In this document: positions 1 through 16,179 of the stretch, piece by piece
Layout: each line of letters opens with the position of its first letter
How positions within the stretch are numbered: position 1 is the first letter of the stretch
NCBI GenBank assembly: GCA_030141605.1
Contig: JAQGDQ010000028.1
Span: forward strand, 930,001-994,000
Length of the DNA: 64,000 nucleotides
Source of the DNA: Tubiluchus corallicola
Taxonomy: Eukaryota > Animalia > Priapulida
Reading direction: 5' to 3'
The notes under the pieces: model-generated
Told to the model about the DNA's origin: nothing
Seen by the model: the letters and a program-made list of their open reading frames with translations, nothing else
Databases searched by the model: none
Program-made: the position numbers and the translations under genes

Positions 1-410
1 TAAAGGATGATATATACGAATCTGAAAGAGGTCAGTCTGTGATTTACCTCTATGATTCATTATCTCATCTTTGAGGATTATTATTTAGTTATCTAGGTTC
101 CCAGTTCGTTATAAGACCATCTACATCAAGGAATTGTTGATTGTTGGATGTCAGCTTGTTGTATGTAAAACTCATAACAGAAGTGTGACAAATTTCAGTA
201 ATCAAGCCAGGCCATGAGTTAGAAATTGATCAGCTACATGGAAAATGAAATTCTGATGTTTTACAAAATGTCATGTCATATCAAAAATTCCACCAAGTTG
301 AAGGAAGGCCAATTCTAGTATTTGTATAAAAAATTCTTGGCGTGAAAGAATAATTTGAAAAATTTCGTTCGCTAAAATGTAAATGCAATCATTTTTTTAT
401 AATTTTGTAG

Positions 411-3170
<2,760 letters not shown>

Positions 3171-4578
3171 AGGAAGTGGAAAAGTTTTTTGGAAATGTAT
3201 GAGATGTTGGTTGGCAGTTTAGCTTTGTGTGAAGTGGACAATTATTTAAAGACACCACTTGATGTGCTTGTCAAAGCTGTGGTTAATATGATTTGCTTAG
3301 GAAGTGAAGAAAATCAGCACACGAAAAATTTCTTTCAAAAAAGTTTTTCATCACTAAAACCATGCCAAGTTGGCCCATCTCTGCAACCCTCTGACATCTG
3401 CAAATAAGTATCAGTAAAAGAGCTGTAATTAAAAAGAGCAGCAATGAACGACAGCAGTCCATAAATCTTGTTTGTACATGGCTGGAAAAAAGCAGTATTA
3501 AAATACTAAAATGAGTGGCAGGATCAAAATTTATAATGGTATGAAACTATGAAATAAAGCCATGTGTTTAAAAGCAAACCGCCTAAATGAATCATCTCCA
3601 GTTCTGACTGATCATATGTGCCAAGAAACTTACTCTTTCTAAGTTTAGGCTTTACAAGCAAATAAAACACAAAAAATATCAAAATTTCAACATTCCTGTG
3701 ATCCATTATATCTTTTTAAATTGTTTGAGCACAGTTGTCATTAGTTTAAATGACTTAATTTATTTAGGATCTAGTATTCACACACATCTTGTAATTTATT
3801 AAATAACTGTTATTTAATCACTGCCACTTGGTAAAAAAATTGTTGTACTTAAAAAAATTACTTACAGTCAGTTACAAATGTCACGTATATATAAACCCAA
3901 TTTTTAAATTTATGATTTTCTATATCTTTTAACTTTTATTATGCACACATGCACTCAAATTATTAGCACCACTTCGAATATAGCTGAAATGTAAAGTGGC
4001 AAATGTGCATTTAAATGAGGTTGATAAGATTTACATTTTGGTATTTAGATAGATAGTATGGTGTGTATTTATTCAAAAAAATTAAAATTGTTTAGTACAA
4101 GTTGGTGTGACTATTAGTTTAGATGCATGATTGTTATTTTTGCACGATTGCAGTATTTATTAATTTAATATTATGAACTGCCAAAATAATGTACTTTATA
4201 TGGTATATATACATGTAATTAATAATAAATGTTGCAATTAAGAAAACTTATTAATGTATGATTAAAGAAATGCATAGCAAATATACGAGTTGATGGTGCT
4301 ATTGCGAAATTTGCATGCACATTAAAATATAAAGGTTTAATTTAGTGTTAATTTATTTATTTATATACGTACAGGGAATTTGTTAATGTTTGTTGTGTGT
4401 CCAGTGAACTGCTGTAATAAAGAGCAAAATAAAATACTATTAAGGCCAGGATTTCATAATAAATGTTATACAGTTTTTAGTTTCTGCACAATGTAGTTAA
4501 ATTTAACTGTGCTATGAACCATTTATTTTTGTTTGATTGTGATTTGATAATTGGTCATAATTCCTGGCCATTTTGTCA

Positions 4579-4720
4579 GTATGGGTGGCTGAGTGGTTAA
4601 GGTAACGGAGTGTGGGTGCTTCTCTGCTTGTAGCCCGAGTTGGAATCTCACGACCACCAGTATTGGCACAAACAGTTGTCATCCGGGGTTATTTTTTGTG
4701 GTGTCTCAGTGTTCTCGTAT
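4579..4720 (+). mobile_element. tRNA-derived SINE head or degenerate tRNA(Ser/Leu)-like pseudogene
   Basis: GTATGGGTGGCTGAGTGGTTAAGG resembles a Ser/Leu tRNA 5' end with an A box. GAGTTGGAATCTC is a degenerate B box. The stems do not pair well enough for a functional tRNA. Confidence 0.6.
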
Positions 4721-4749
4721 TTGTTAAGAGTCGCTTATAGTAGCTATGG

Positions 4750-5123
4750 CTAATGTCGTCTGTTGTCCCAGCGACTATAAATACGGGTCTTTTTTTTGTC
4801 TTTTGCCCTAGCAAGCTGAAACATCACTATTCTGCAAAAAGGAACCATATTTGACGATTTTTTCTTGTTATTTTGTCTATTTCTAAGTCCTCGTTGTCGT
4901 AACCTTGAAATAACGTTACAGGGAGCGTAAGAAAAACTGTGTGCACCATGCTTCATCTGAAAAGTTAAATAAGATTAGTAATAAAAATAGTAAATATCAT
5001 TTACTTACGATATTTTACATTTCCTCATTGTAGATGGCAAAAGAGAGTACTGCCATAGGCATTATGCACAAGTTACAATATTGTGAATGCAACCATGGTG
5101 AAGTTTGTCATGTTTGCTGCCAT
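4750..5123 (-). pseudogene. Possible decayed two-exon gene (signal-peptide-like N-terminus); intron 4957-5008
   Basis: AAAATGGCAGC start at 5123, canonical GTAAGT donor and TTTTCAG acceptor 52 bp apart. Translation MAANMTNFTMVAFTIL*LVHNAYGSTLFCHLQ*GNVKY|HEAWCTQFFLRSL* contains in-frame stops. No family recognised. Confidence 0.25.
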
Positions 5124-5899
5124 TTTTCAATCAAAATTGGTTTCATTTTGCAACCTTAACAGACAAAGTGACAGACAGTAAAACTAAATGTAACTTTTTG
5201 AAACGGCCTTTAAAATAAAACCAAACACAAATTTTGGCACAGCTTGATAATGTTTTCACTCAAATTTGATTTTCAATTTTCTAATGACATATGCTGCATA
5301 ATATGTTGCATAACTGTAATTAACATACTACATGTAATCTGTTTTTTGTATGCATGTCATGTGAAATTTCAATTTGGTCAGTCCGACCCTCAGCAATCAT
5401 TGCTGAGACACATCCAGTATGCTGACCATTTGGACTCTAAACAGTATGTCTCAATACTAAACAAATCCCACCCACAAGAGCTCCCGTGCTGAACTTTGGT
5501 CACTAAACAAACTCAGTATCACTCGACCTTGCTATAACAATTAAAAACACATGTATACTACATATTAAATACAGACTGAGTACAGAAATTACATGCCACA
5601 TGAACTCAAGACTGAATGAATTCAGATTCAAATCCACAGTGGTGTTCACATCTGACTGTACCTAGTTGAGTGCTGTTAACTCATATCATTACTTGTACAT
5701 TATTATACACTAGTGTGCACCATGCTTGTGACTAATTTGAGGCTCTGCGTACTACAGCTTTGCAGCTATTTAATGTTACTATTTGATCGAAAATGAAATT
5801 TGCCCTAATGTTCACATTTTGATTCCCCTCTCGTACATGTAAGCGATCCTGAAGAGGTTTTTTTATTTTTTATCTACACCTTTATCTCAGTCTCTTCTT

Positions 5900-6645
5900 C
5901 AAGCATCTACCTGCAAGTTCCATGGCTCTAGCTACTAAATTTACCATAGTTCTAGAGTTATTCATTGTTATGCATTTGACTCCTATGTCAGGCCTTTAAA
6001 AAAATCCTAGGTTTTTTAAAACTTTATGTACACACAAAACCTAAATACTTATAAAAAAAATGAATTTAACTGCAACCGTTAGGAGATGAATGGTAATCAA
6101 AAAACTGACCAATGTCCAGTGTCCTTGACATTATGACCAAGGCTAACGTTCACTAAACCACTTACAAAGCCCCTAATCTAGTTGTTTACCCTTCGAGTTT
6201 GGGAATTAACATGAATTAAAACTGGATGCCTTAATTTTCACATTTTGGTTCCTATTTCGGACCCTTTAACAATCCCAGCTTTTTTAACCACACAATTACC
6301 TGTGTCCATTTCCCAGCAGTCTTCCCTACAAATTTTATGTCTCTGGTTGCTATAGTTTAAGAGTCAGTCAATATGCATTCTGCTTATCTCAGGCCCTTAA
6401 AGAATTAAAGCCCTTAAAGCCCAGGTCCACATTTAGATGGCATTCTCTAAATAAAAAATATTTGAAGTTAATTCAAAACCCTAAGAGTTGAAGGGCAATC
6501 AAAAATTGACCGATGTTCAGTGTCCTTGACCATTTGATTGAGGTCGCTGTTCACCACTTTCAAGGCCCCTATCCCAGGTATCTACCCCAGGTAAGTTTTG
6601 TGGCCATTAACGTGAATTAAAAAGCAGAAAATTGGATTCCTAACA
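5900..6645. repeat. Diverged tandem duplication, period ~400 bp (probably DNA-transposon-derived)
   Basis: AATCAAAAAACTGACCAATGTCCAGTGTCCTTGAC (~6095) matches AATCAAAAATTGACCGATGTTCAGTGTCCTTGAC (~6497). ATGCATT..TCAGGCCTTTAAA matches ATGCATT..TCAGGCCCTTAAA. Confidence 0.75.
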
Positions 6646-8770
6646 TAATGGCAACAACAGGTGTTCTCCTAGACGTGTGATGCTAACACTCGATTTCAAA
6701 AATTAGGGAAAAAAGAAGGACACTACGTCTAGAACCAATGGACCATTTAGCATGCTATTATTAATGGTTCAGTGAATAAGTTCAAAAAAATGTAAAAGAG
6801 GAATTATGGTAAATGATCGAGAGTTTATTTAAATAAAAAGTAAATATTTAATAAGTATACTGATATAACATTGCTTTTCAATTCCAAAAGAACATAATGT
6901 TATAAGTTACATAACAATGTAGTATGTTACCAAATAATTAATTCGAAAATTTAAATTATTAATAAAAATAATAATTTAAACATTCCACAAAAATAAAATT
7001 TTAAAAATACAAAATATTTCTCCTTTATTAAAGTGCGGCTTACGGCCACTGATAACAAATATCATCTCCATAATAATGCAATACTGTGCGCGTTGTTATA
7101 CAAAGTTTACCAAATGATACTAGAACTTATTTCGCATATACGACTATGCACATATTCACACATACATGTGCGCGAGTGTGTGCGTTTGTGTTGTCAGAGT
7201 TACAAATGGCACTGACCACAAATAATGGCGCCACATTTTTACTTACAAGAAGTATTCCAGCATTACAGTGACCTACATGATATTCGTGTTTCCTTTCAGG
7301 ATCTAGTATGAGAACAATGAGTGTTTATATAATAAGTCTACTGTTATTACGTCCTCAATCTGACGGTAAAGTGGTGCTAAACACCAGAACTAAAATAAGT
7401 TTAATGTTTTCATGCAATCGAAAATGGTTTCATGGATCTTTAAGACTTCCACCTATGAAGTGGTTTCATTGCAGTCCCGCATTTACTAGGCTTTACAAAT
7501 CAAACTGTAACGGAATCTAGTACTCATTTTTACTACAGTATTAGATGATTTGTAAGCCACTAAATCCAATGGAATAAACAATCTAATAAATCATTATCAG
7601 TGTGAAGACTGCCCTATATTGGACATATTATTAATAACAATAACACATTTCACTAATAACAATGCCAAAAAAACAATAAAATACATAAAATTTTAGTGTT
7701 TATACAAGTCACATTTAACTAACATAATATGCGAATAATTAGTTAATTAATACTTGATTAACAAAGGCACAGTCTAGTTGTGTGGACAATTGTTAATAAA
7801 TATTATGCTTAAAATATATTAGACCTTTATATAACTATCTGCTATTTAAGAATAAACAATGCCTTAATGCCTTTTATTTAAATTATTATAATTTGTAATT
7901 ATTTTTGTTTTTATCTGTTACTAACAAATTTAAAATTGTATATTTCGAAATAATTTAATAATAATGATAATAAGAATATTATAATTTTGACAGCACCATT
8001 TAATTATATGTAAGTGGAGTGTGTGTTAAATGTAAAAATTAAACATACTTTTCGATATGCAAAAACTAATCTAGATGAAGTAGAGTTCCAAGTAACAGAA
8101 GTAAGCCCCTTCAATATGCCAAATGCTCTTGACAAAAATTATATATGAAACAGTAGATAAGACTTAGTTAGATACATCTAACCTAAAACGCTAACTATGT
8201 TAAGTTATTTTAAACGTAGGAAAGGCAAATGACTTTATTGCAAAAGCGATAAAGTAATGCTAGATATGCAAAGCAAAATTCTACAAGACTAATGCAATTT
8301 TCGATAATGCAAATTCAGCACTTTTTCCTTTTGTGGCACATTAATAATTATAGTGTTTTGTTATTCAATGGACAAAGTTAAATGAGTTCAAACCAGCAGC
8401 ACTGACAGCATCACAACTATAAAAGCTGTCATGCTGCTCAATATATAAAAAAACAACGGAAATTTTGAAATTCATTTGGCACATAACTGATCAAAAATAG
8501 GAAAATGGCATGGCTCTAGTTGCACAACCATACGCACGTTTATCCATCTCCTTTTCCACCTTTTATGTGCGGTACTAGTTAAGCGGCATCCGTGGTCAAA
8601 TTGTTTGTCACTAGGGTCGAAAAATGTGGAAGACCACACATAATCTTTTGCATAAGGAAAACCTCAATCAGAGAATGGCAAGAATGGAAACAATGAGATT
8701 CAAGGCAACTAAAAAACTAATTGTCTTACTTCTCATGTGCGTTTATCGATATACTGACTAAAGTGAAGAT

Positions 8771-11700
8771 TTAGATCTCCTTGATGGCTTGGTATAGCTG
8801 GATGCAACCTTTTGCCTGTGGCGTCAGATTATCCCAGAACTCCGGATCAACCATTTTGATCAAAGGTAGCTCCATTAGAGGATAAAGTCGGATGTCAGTT
8901 GATTCAAATGACTCGTTCTGAAAGTAAAGTGTATCTGTACTTTAGTTATTTATGGAGGCAAAATTAATGCTGCCTTAATAAGAAATGAGAACAAAGCCAA
9001 ATGAAGCACACAAGTAAAATTCTGTGTATGTATATTGTTTGTATGTATTGTATGTATAATGTACAAAATAAAAAATTGCTCTAATACGTTGGCCATTACA
9101 TTATATATTTTACAACAGACACGTAGTAAAACCTATTTCAATGAAACTTTATAATTCATAGGCAGCAAAAAGTGAGTTGAAAGTGAAAAAGTGAGTAACT
9201 AAACCAGAAATTTTTGCTATCAAATGCAGTTTAAAATTTATACATTTTTACCAGAGATGTAATGCCATAATTATGTCTACAGAGCTCAATGTACCTGCAT
9301 TGATGGAAACTGAGTTTGAGTCACCACATGACTAAGGCACAGGAATTGAAAGCAACATTTTTTTGTACACTGATGACAAGTAACATCTTAACCATGGTTA
9401 CATTCTGATCATTTGCCATTGAAAAATTTGAAATTTGTCAAGATTTACTGTAACCTTCATCACTGACCTACCAGGCCCAACAATTTATTATAGCAGGTCA
9501 CGCCATTCCAGTTTTTTACAGGTTTAGGCCTGCAAACAATATTCCCCTTTTGAAGTTTACTCGTTTTTTTTGAGTCAGTGTAAATGCCAAAGATTTATGC
9601 AAAAGAAATGTACGTACCTGCTTTCCTTTCTTGTACAAGTGAATCACTTCCTCTTTCGTGAAAGAGCATTTCACAACAAATTCAGCTAAGGGCCTGCCGC
9701 AGGCTGGGATACTTCTAAGCACACCTAGCAGTAATGGCTCAGATAAAGTGCTTAATGGTAAATTGACTTCGTCTCGGATCTCTCGTTTTATGGCATTGAA
9801 GATCTCAAGAGGAATCTTATTTGCAACTGCAGAGAGTGAGTTGCATGAGACTTCATCTTTTGGCATTTTTTGTAGTATTTCCTGCAATAAAACCACATTA
9901 ACAAGTTAGCCTGCGCCACAATCAGTGCCCAACAGCTCAATAATGTTCTTCCATTCATTAATTAAAAATCACTGCTTAACTTTGATATTCACTTTGTTGT
10001 TCTTTAATAAGTACAAAGTTTTATAACACATTTCACAAATTACAGTTATTTAAGATTTTGCTTAAATAATAAGAAAGCATTAAAATGTTTAAATCAACAA
10101 CAATGAAATGACCCATGATTCATGCTAACCAGGAGACAATTGCACTACAACATGAGAACGTCTCTGCAGTATATAAGTACAAGTGATTACACTAGTCAGT
10201 TTCGATTGTTAGATATAGATCAACATATACAATTTATAGATAAAAGCACAGATTACAGAACACACATATAAGTGAGGCACTGTATTCATTCAGGTCTTCT
10301 ATGATTCTCTCAAATTCCTCTGGACATTGAAGTTTAGAACACAGACAGTGCTCTAGTACTCATAGTGGTGTACATATTAAATGACTTATGACTTACAAAT
10401 GCATATAGGTTAAGTTGAGTACATTGAAATACATTAAAAGTTACGTGAGTTAACTTGGTCAATTGTGAGTTAGTTTAATAGACATTTTCAACAGTTGAGT
10501 TAATATCAATGAAATAAATACATCATCTAAAAAAACTGAAAGATCAATCTCAACTAATTTATCCTTTACAAGTTAATTTATGCTCTACAGGTTTCACAAG
10601 GTAATTAGCATTGGGACAGGGAAAAACACTAAGTGACATCAGTTATCTTATGGATAATTGGCAGTGAAATTTAAATTATTTATTTGAGGCATTTCCAAAA
10701 TAATCCGAATTTGTTGCGAACTTTGGCACTTTGCCCAAATTTTGGTAAAAATGGGCCTAGTAGTAGCAGCAGTAGCAGCAGCAGCAGTAAAACACTTATT
10801 GACAAAAATTTATACTATGTATTAGCGGAGTAACAATCAGAGAAATAAAAAATTTTAGTCCATTGAATTACACTGCTTATGGATAATGGAACATTAATTT
10901 ACGAAGCAAAAAACATATCACCTAAAGCAAAAAGTGTTATTGTTTGGTAAATCTATATATACTCGCTCAATCAAATAAAACATCCATTTGAATTCAAAAC
11001 CAGATAGTTGGATAAAAACAGAAAAATAATTCATACATAAAAAGAGGTTAGACAGAAAAAAATTTTGATAGACCAAAAAAGCAAGCTTTTGCTTCCAGTA
11101 CTAATAAACCATCTTTTATGAACAATTCTTTCAATTTTAAAATTTAATACAAATAAGGATTAAAAAACACACTGTACATTAAGATCAAGAAGTTTGCAGT
11201 TTAGTGGCTCCTACCGATTAATACGTATCTATTACGTAATCTTAGACAGATTGATGATTGTGTGCAAAACACAATTACACACTACAATTACTGAACATGC
11301 TCAGCAAGGTGTGAAGGTGTTATTAATAGCACAATAAGTATGGGAGTGACATTACAATTATACATCAAAGTTTCCATTATTTTTAGTTGATAAACCACAT
11401 GGAATGCTAACTAGTATGCTAAATCAAGCCAATTAATTGTGCAATATTTACTAAATTTTGCTTATTTTGGTTACCCAAGGCTCCGGATGGCCACCTGGAA
11501 CATCCCACAAATTACAAGCTTCAGCACAATATTCGCTTCGGTGAAGAAAAACTACGTGCTTGTCTTCGGTAATGAGTAGAGCACCAACACCCAAAGGGTC
11601 TGCAAAATATGCTTGACTGTCTCCGTCATCTAACAAACCCTCAGTGTGCAAGACAAGCCCCTCCAAAGGCCCCTTTAAATTAGTTCCGACGAAGTCTTTA

Positions 11701-11975
11701 TAGTACGTAATTCCCAGATTAAAAATTACACAAGCTGGATGCTCTGGTAATGATGGTTTTAACTTCAGTACAGATTGCAGTCTAAACTTAGAAGCGTTGT
11801 ATAACATTGGGTTTGCAGCAGTTCGTTCAGTCCATATTTCATCAATTTTTGCATCTACCCCAAGCTTAGATTTGCGATTAAATTTCGATGACACCGAAAC
11901 TTCAACTTTCGAGACGTCCAAAGGGCCAACGTCTGAACAGATAAACGCAACTGACACGTCTTCGCTTTCCGACAT
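8771..11975 (-). CDS. NUDT22: Nudix hydrolase NUDT22-like (UDP-glucose pyrophosphatase), 303 aa; exons 11975-11475, 9881-9618, 8917-8771
   Basis: Motifs IDEIW..R....P.LYNASKFRL, LGITYYKDFVGTN, ADPLGVGALL, DVPGGHPEP, IKREIRDEVNLP, GRPLAEF, ESFEST and LTPQAKGCIQLY match the NUDT22 family. Both introns are phase 0, GT-AG. Confidence 0.92.
10760..10788. repeat. (AGT/AGC)n trinucleotide repeat
   Basis: TAGTAGTAGCAGCAGTAGCAGCAGCAGCAG in NUDT22 intron 1. Confidence 0.85.
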
Positions 11976-12146
11976 TTTTATTAACTTTACTGTTAAGTTA
12001 CTGAAATCTCTGAGCTGCTAAAACGTATTTTGCTTTGTCGAAACTTCGACAATTTAGCAAACTTAAAGCTCACATAATTAGTAGCAAAATAAATTTAGAT
12101 AATACAAAGTTAAATTATTTCTGGCCTTATGCCTGCACGAATAAGT

Positions 12147-13024
12147 TGTTGGGAGCCGAGTGGACCACTGCGCCAAGTAGACCACTTGATGCGCTAAAAG
12201 TAGTGTCCTACATGGGCAGCCCAAGTAGGACACTAGCCATAAATGTAGGTGTTAGATGTAGGATTGTTTAGCTATAGACTTAAATATTAAGTGAGAATAT
12301 TCCAGTGTTTCTGAACTTTTGTCAAGTTTTGGTTTATTGTGTTACTAGTAATAACTTTTTTGAGTCCCAACCAAAATGTTATTTTGTAATATTGTTGTAG
12401 CTTAGCCTGTTATTTACTTTGCTCGTATTTATTATTGTTTCCATAGTCACATTTATTTTTATTTTGTATTACATTCTGTGAAAGTGCTTTGCTAATTCAG
12501 TCAAATATTTTCCTACTTGAATTGCATAAACATGTTTATAAAAATGCAGCTGATAAATTTTTCTAACATTAATTCCAAATCCTCAGTGTGGATGAAAAAT
12601 ATTGGTTTGTTATAGCGATGTTGCCCTATGAACAAACTGATATTTTCAAAACAAAACGAAAATTGATTTTGAATTGAAATAGCAATCACTGTGTGTATGT
12701 ATGAGTGGGCATACATACTGATCGCTTCAAAGGCAAGGTAGCCATCAAAAAAATTTTTGCTGAGCTAATTAAGTCCAACCTCTCGACCTCCTAGCGGTGC
12801 TTCTACCAGCTCAGAATAAAATTCTTTTATTTTATTAGATGTATAATAAATTATTCAACGTGTACTAACGTTTTTAATTATTATTATTACATAAACAAGC
12901 ACAACGGACGGTATCAGTACACTTAACGACTCAATTCGCGCGACCTGTCTTTAGTGTCCTACTTGGGCTAGCCCAAGTAGACCAATTGGTCTACTTGGCG
13001 CAGTGGTCCACTCGGCTCCCAACA
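12147..13024. mobile_element. Non-autonomous TIR element (MITE), 878 bp, TGT...ACA termini, 38-bp perfect TIRs, 5-bp TSD TAAGT
   Basis: TGTTGGGAGCCGAGTGGACCACTGCGCCAAGTAGACCA (12147-12184) is the exact reverse complement of 12987-13024. TAAGT occurs at 12142-12146 and 13025-13029. No transposase ORF inside. Confidence 0.93.
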
Positions 13025-13497
13025 TAAGTAATTCGTAGCGGAAATCTTTGTGTTTCCCAATCTGCAGACTCCAGCTCCAGCATACCTCAGAGACTGCACT
13101 AAGCCCACAGGTCAGTTTTTCACAAGCATCTTATGATATGATCTATGGATAACATACTAGGAATTGGATCAAAAGATGTAATTACAGTAAAACATGTACA
13201 TGTATGTTTTAATTGTGAACAACAAGAAAAGTGCAAAAAACAGGCCTTTAACAAAAAGACAAAAATTTAATATGCAATTTAATCAAAAAATCTAAAAGTC
13301 AAAAACAAGATGATGAAACAAGATAAAATAAAATTTAATATAAACACAGTAAACTAACCAGTATAAATATTTAGCTATATAAATAAAAAGAACAATTATA
13401 GTACCATATACATGAAAAAAAAACATTATGAAATTTATGGTAAAGGAAATTAATAATATTGTCTATCAAGCTAAATTAGGCATTATGATAAGTAGAG

Positions 13498-13763
13498 TAT
13501 AGTTAAAAACAACAAAACTTTATTAAAACCTTTACATTAAAAAGCTAAAACCATGCCAAATGTAATATCAGCCGTATACAAACCAAAATGTACAAGAAAA
13601 CAAACACTTTCTTACACCAGTGGCTATGCACAAGTGCTACTTTTTTTAAAGAGATTAATGATTATGAATAACAACATAGGTGTGAATTAAGGTGTAAAGG
13701 GTTGGCATGATTTTAACTTTTTAACATAAAAGTTTTAATGAAGTTGTGTTGTTTTTAACTATA
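13498..13763. mobile_element. Old MITE-like inverted repeat (~62-bp imperfect arms)
   Basis: TATAGTTAAAAACAAC...AAAACCATGCCAA (13498-13559) pairs with TTGGCATGATTTT...GTTGTTTTTAACTATA (13702-13763). Confidence 0.75.
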
Positions 13764-15661
13764 AATGCATTTAAGTGCCTGCAATAAAAAAGAACAGTAT
13801 AACATTATGTAAATTAAAAATGTTCAAAACAATAGTAAACATACCGGCTTACAATCAATAGTGAAACATAGTGAATGGAAAAAATAATTAGAGCAAATTC
13901 AGTGTAAAGCTTTAAGAAATATATTAAAATTAGAAAAATAATACACCATGTTATATATTAGCTCAAACAACTGTATAACCGATAAGACAGAGTTTTATTA
14001 TAAAATATGAATGCTGTTAGAGAACTTGTTAAAATCACAATTATGATGATAGAGTAACAAAACAAATACTAGAATAAATGTAAAGAAAACACCCAACAAC
14101 TGCTGGTTTGCTGAAATCAATAAATCATTGGAAAATATATGTTCATTACAAAATTTTTTAACAGTAAAATCACTATTTCATCCATCGCCAAGATTGATGT
14201 ATCGCTTTAGATATAGGATTGAGAACATAGATGAAAACAATGAAATCAGTTTTGGTCTCAGTTACATGGCTCCCCTAAATTTTGCTCAAAATTTACACTA
14301 TGAAAAAGTACACATCTGACTGCAACACAATTGCGTCAAAGCCTCCTCGACGAGATATCACTAACTATTCAACCATTATCAATTACGATTACCGTTTGTC
14401 CATCCATACTGCTGACCCTGCATAGTAAGACAAAGAATGGGTCAACTTACAGTTCGGGATCCTGTTGTGTGAGGCTCTGCTCACCTTTGGCTCTCCTTGT
14501 CAACAAGTAAACTACACCATATAGTTCTGAGTATCACCCGGCTCAACTTAACAGACTGTTACCTTAACCACAAATTTTATATCGCAATAACATCAAGTCC
14601 TTTGGACATGCAGAACTTAAACTCCTAACTTTTAGGATAAAAGTTACCCGAACCATGTTTTATAATATTCATTTTCAGGTTTAATCAATAACGAGATTAT
14701 TATCTTAATTGTTTTTAACGATGACACAATCATTACAGTATTTCTCATACAACTTGCAGGGGAAAAATAAGCATTATGATACAGTTTAACTAGGGTTGCT
14801 ATCTATCATGAACCGAGCTCAAGAGTCAAGAGCCAACTAAAAGGTAAATAGGGTACGATCAATAGACTCATTCTATTGATTCAGTAACATCTTATCAATT
14901 ATCTTGTCTTATTATTAGTTGTTTTTGTGTGCCATACAGGAAGGTTATATTACACCCAGTACAGTACATGCTTCTATCATAATTAGTATATTCTTTTAAT
15001 TCTTGTATCACTAATAGACACTGCTACTCGCTATTTAGGTGTGCTACTCTAAATCAATGGAATTAAAATTTCTATGCCACGGTCGTTGAAATCGCCCGGA
15101 ATTTCAAAACAACGAAAAAAACGAATGACGGCTGTTTCTAAAGATTTCATTAAAAATGGTGTCGGGTTGTTCTTAGTCTTACCATGAATAACAATGATTA
15201 TTTAACTTAACTGAAATAACGATATTATTGCATAATCCTTTGATTTTTGTACATTTTCTTTTACCTACAACAATGGTAATGGCATTATTACTTAAGACAG
15301 TAAAGCCTGTCTTAAAATAAAAAGCTACCATTAACTTTGTAAACCAAGGTAATTTTTTTACTTTGATAGGACATGGTAAATCTCTATTCTAGTATTAAGA
15401 AGTAATTATAATAAATATAATGTTTGAGATAAATAATTCTCCTTCTATAATTATGACAAATTCCACAAACGTTGACTATCGTCAACGCCTAGGTAGTTTC
15501 ACTGACAAATTTTCTCGTTATAATAACTTATAAAGTTATAACTTATATTATTATTAATATATAAATAATATATATATAATCCAACATCCTTGTTATACTA
15601 GGCTCATGTGGACATACTCCAGCTAGCACGATGATTAAATTTTAGTTGACGATGTTGATAG

Positions 15662-16165
15662 TGTCGATCCAGTTTCCATTTAAAACGAATTCACAGATGT
15701 TGCTGTTCTCACAGCACAGAGGAATTGGTATTTCAGATCTCTGGCATTGTATAATAAAAGTCATATTTACTAATTACCATATTTACCAATTACCATTAAA
15801 GTCTGCATGTCTAGAAACTTGAAGTTCCTCCTGATTAACACAGTGTTTGGTTCAGCACTTTTTATAATTTCATCTACAAGATTTTCAAAATTCTATGTAT
15901 TATTGAATTTAATAATCCAAGGTCTTTCTCGCAAGTGGTGTTCCGTTTTTCAGTTCAGTAGGAATACCGTTTGCATTCCAAATTTCGTATTTATACAAAT
16001 ATCCTGATTCCGCATATACAACCTTACACTTGTTGGGATGGAACTACATACCATTTTGAACTGCTCAAACGCAGAGCCTTTCTAGATTCATCTGAAGATC
16101 CTTACACCTGATAAATGAATCAGACTTTGACCAGGTTTTGTTATCGTCAGAAAAAGGTGAAGAGA
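15662..16165 (-). mobile_element. CR1/L2-type non-LTR retrotransposon reverse-transcriptase fossil (3' part)
   Basis: Minus-strand translation with stops and frameshifts: FSDDNK (degenerate FADDTK), CKDLQMNLERLC.*..QNGM*FHPNKCKV, TTCEKDLGLL, FENLVDEIIKSA, LIRRNFKFLD, ATSVNSF..KLDRH. These match the order of CR1-clade ORF2 motifs. Confidence 0.88.
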
Positions 16166-16179
16166 ATTACTAATAGTCT

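Noticed and set aside
4579-4660. Functional tRNA gene
   Set aside because: The B box is degenerate (GTTGGA instead of GTTCGA) and the acceptor and anticodon stems do not pair; kept only as a SINE or pseudogene.
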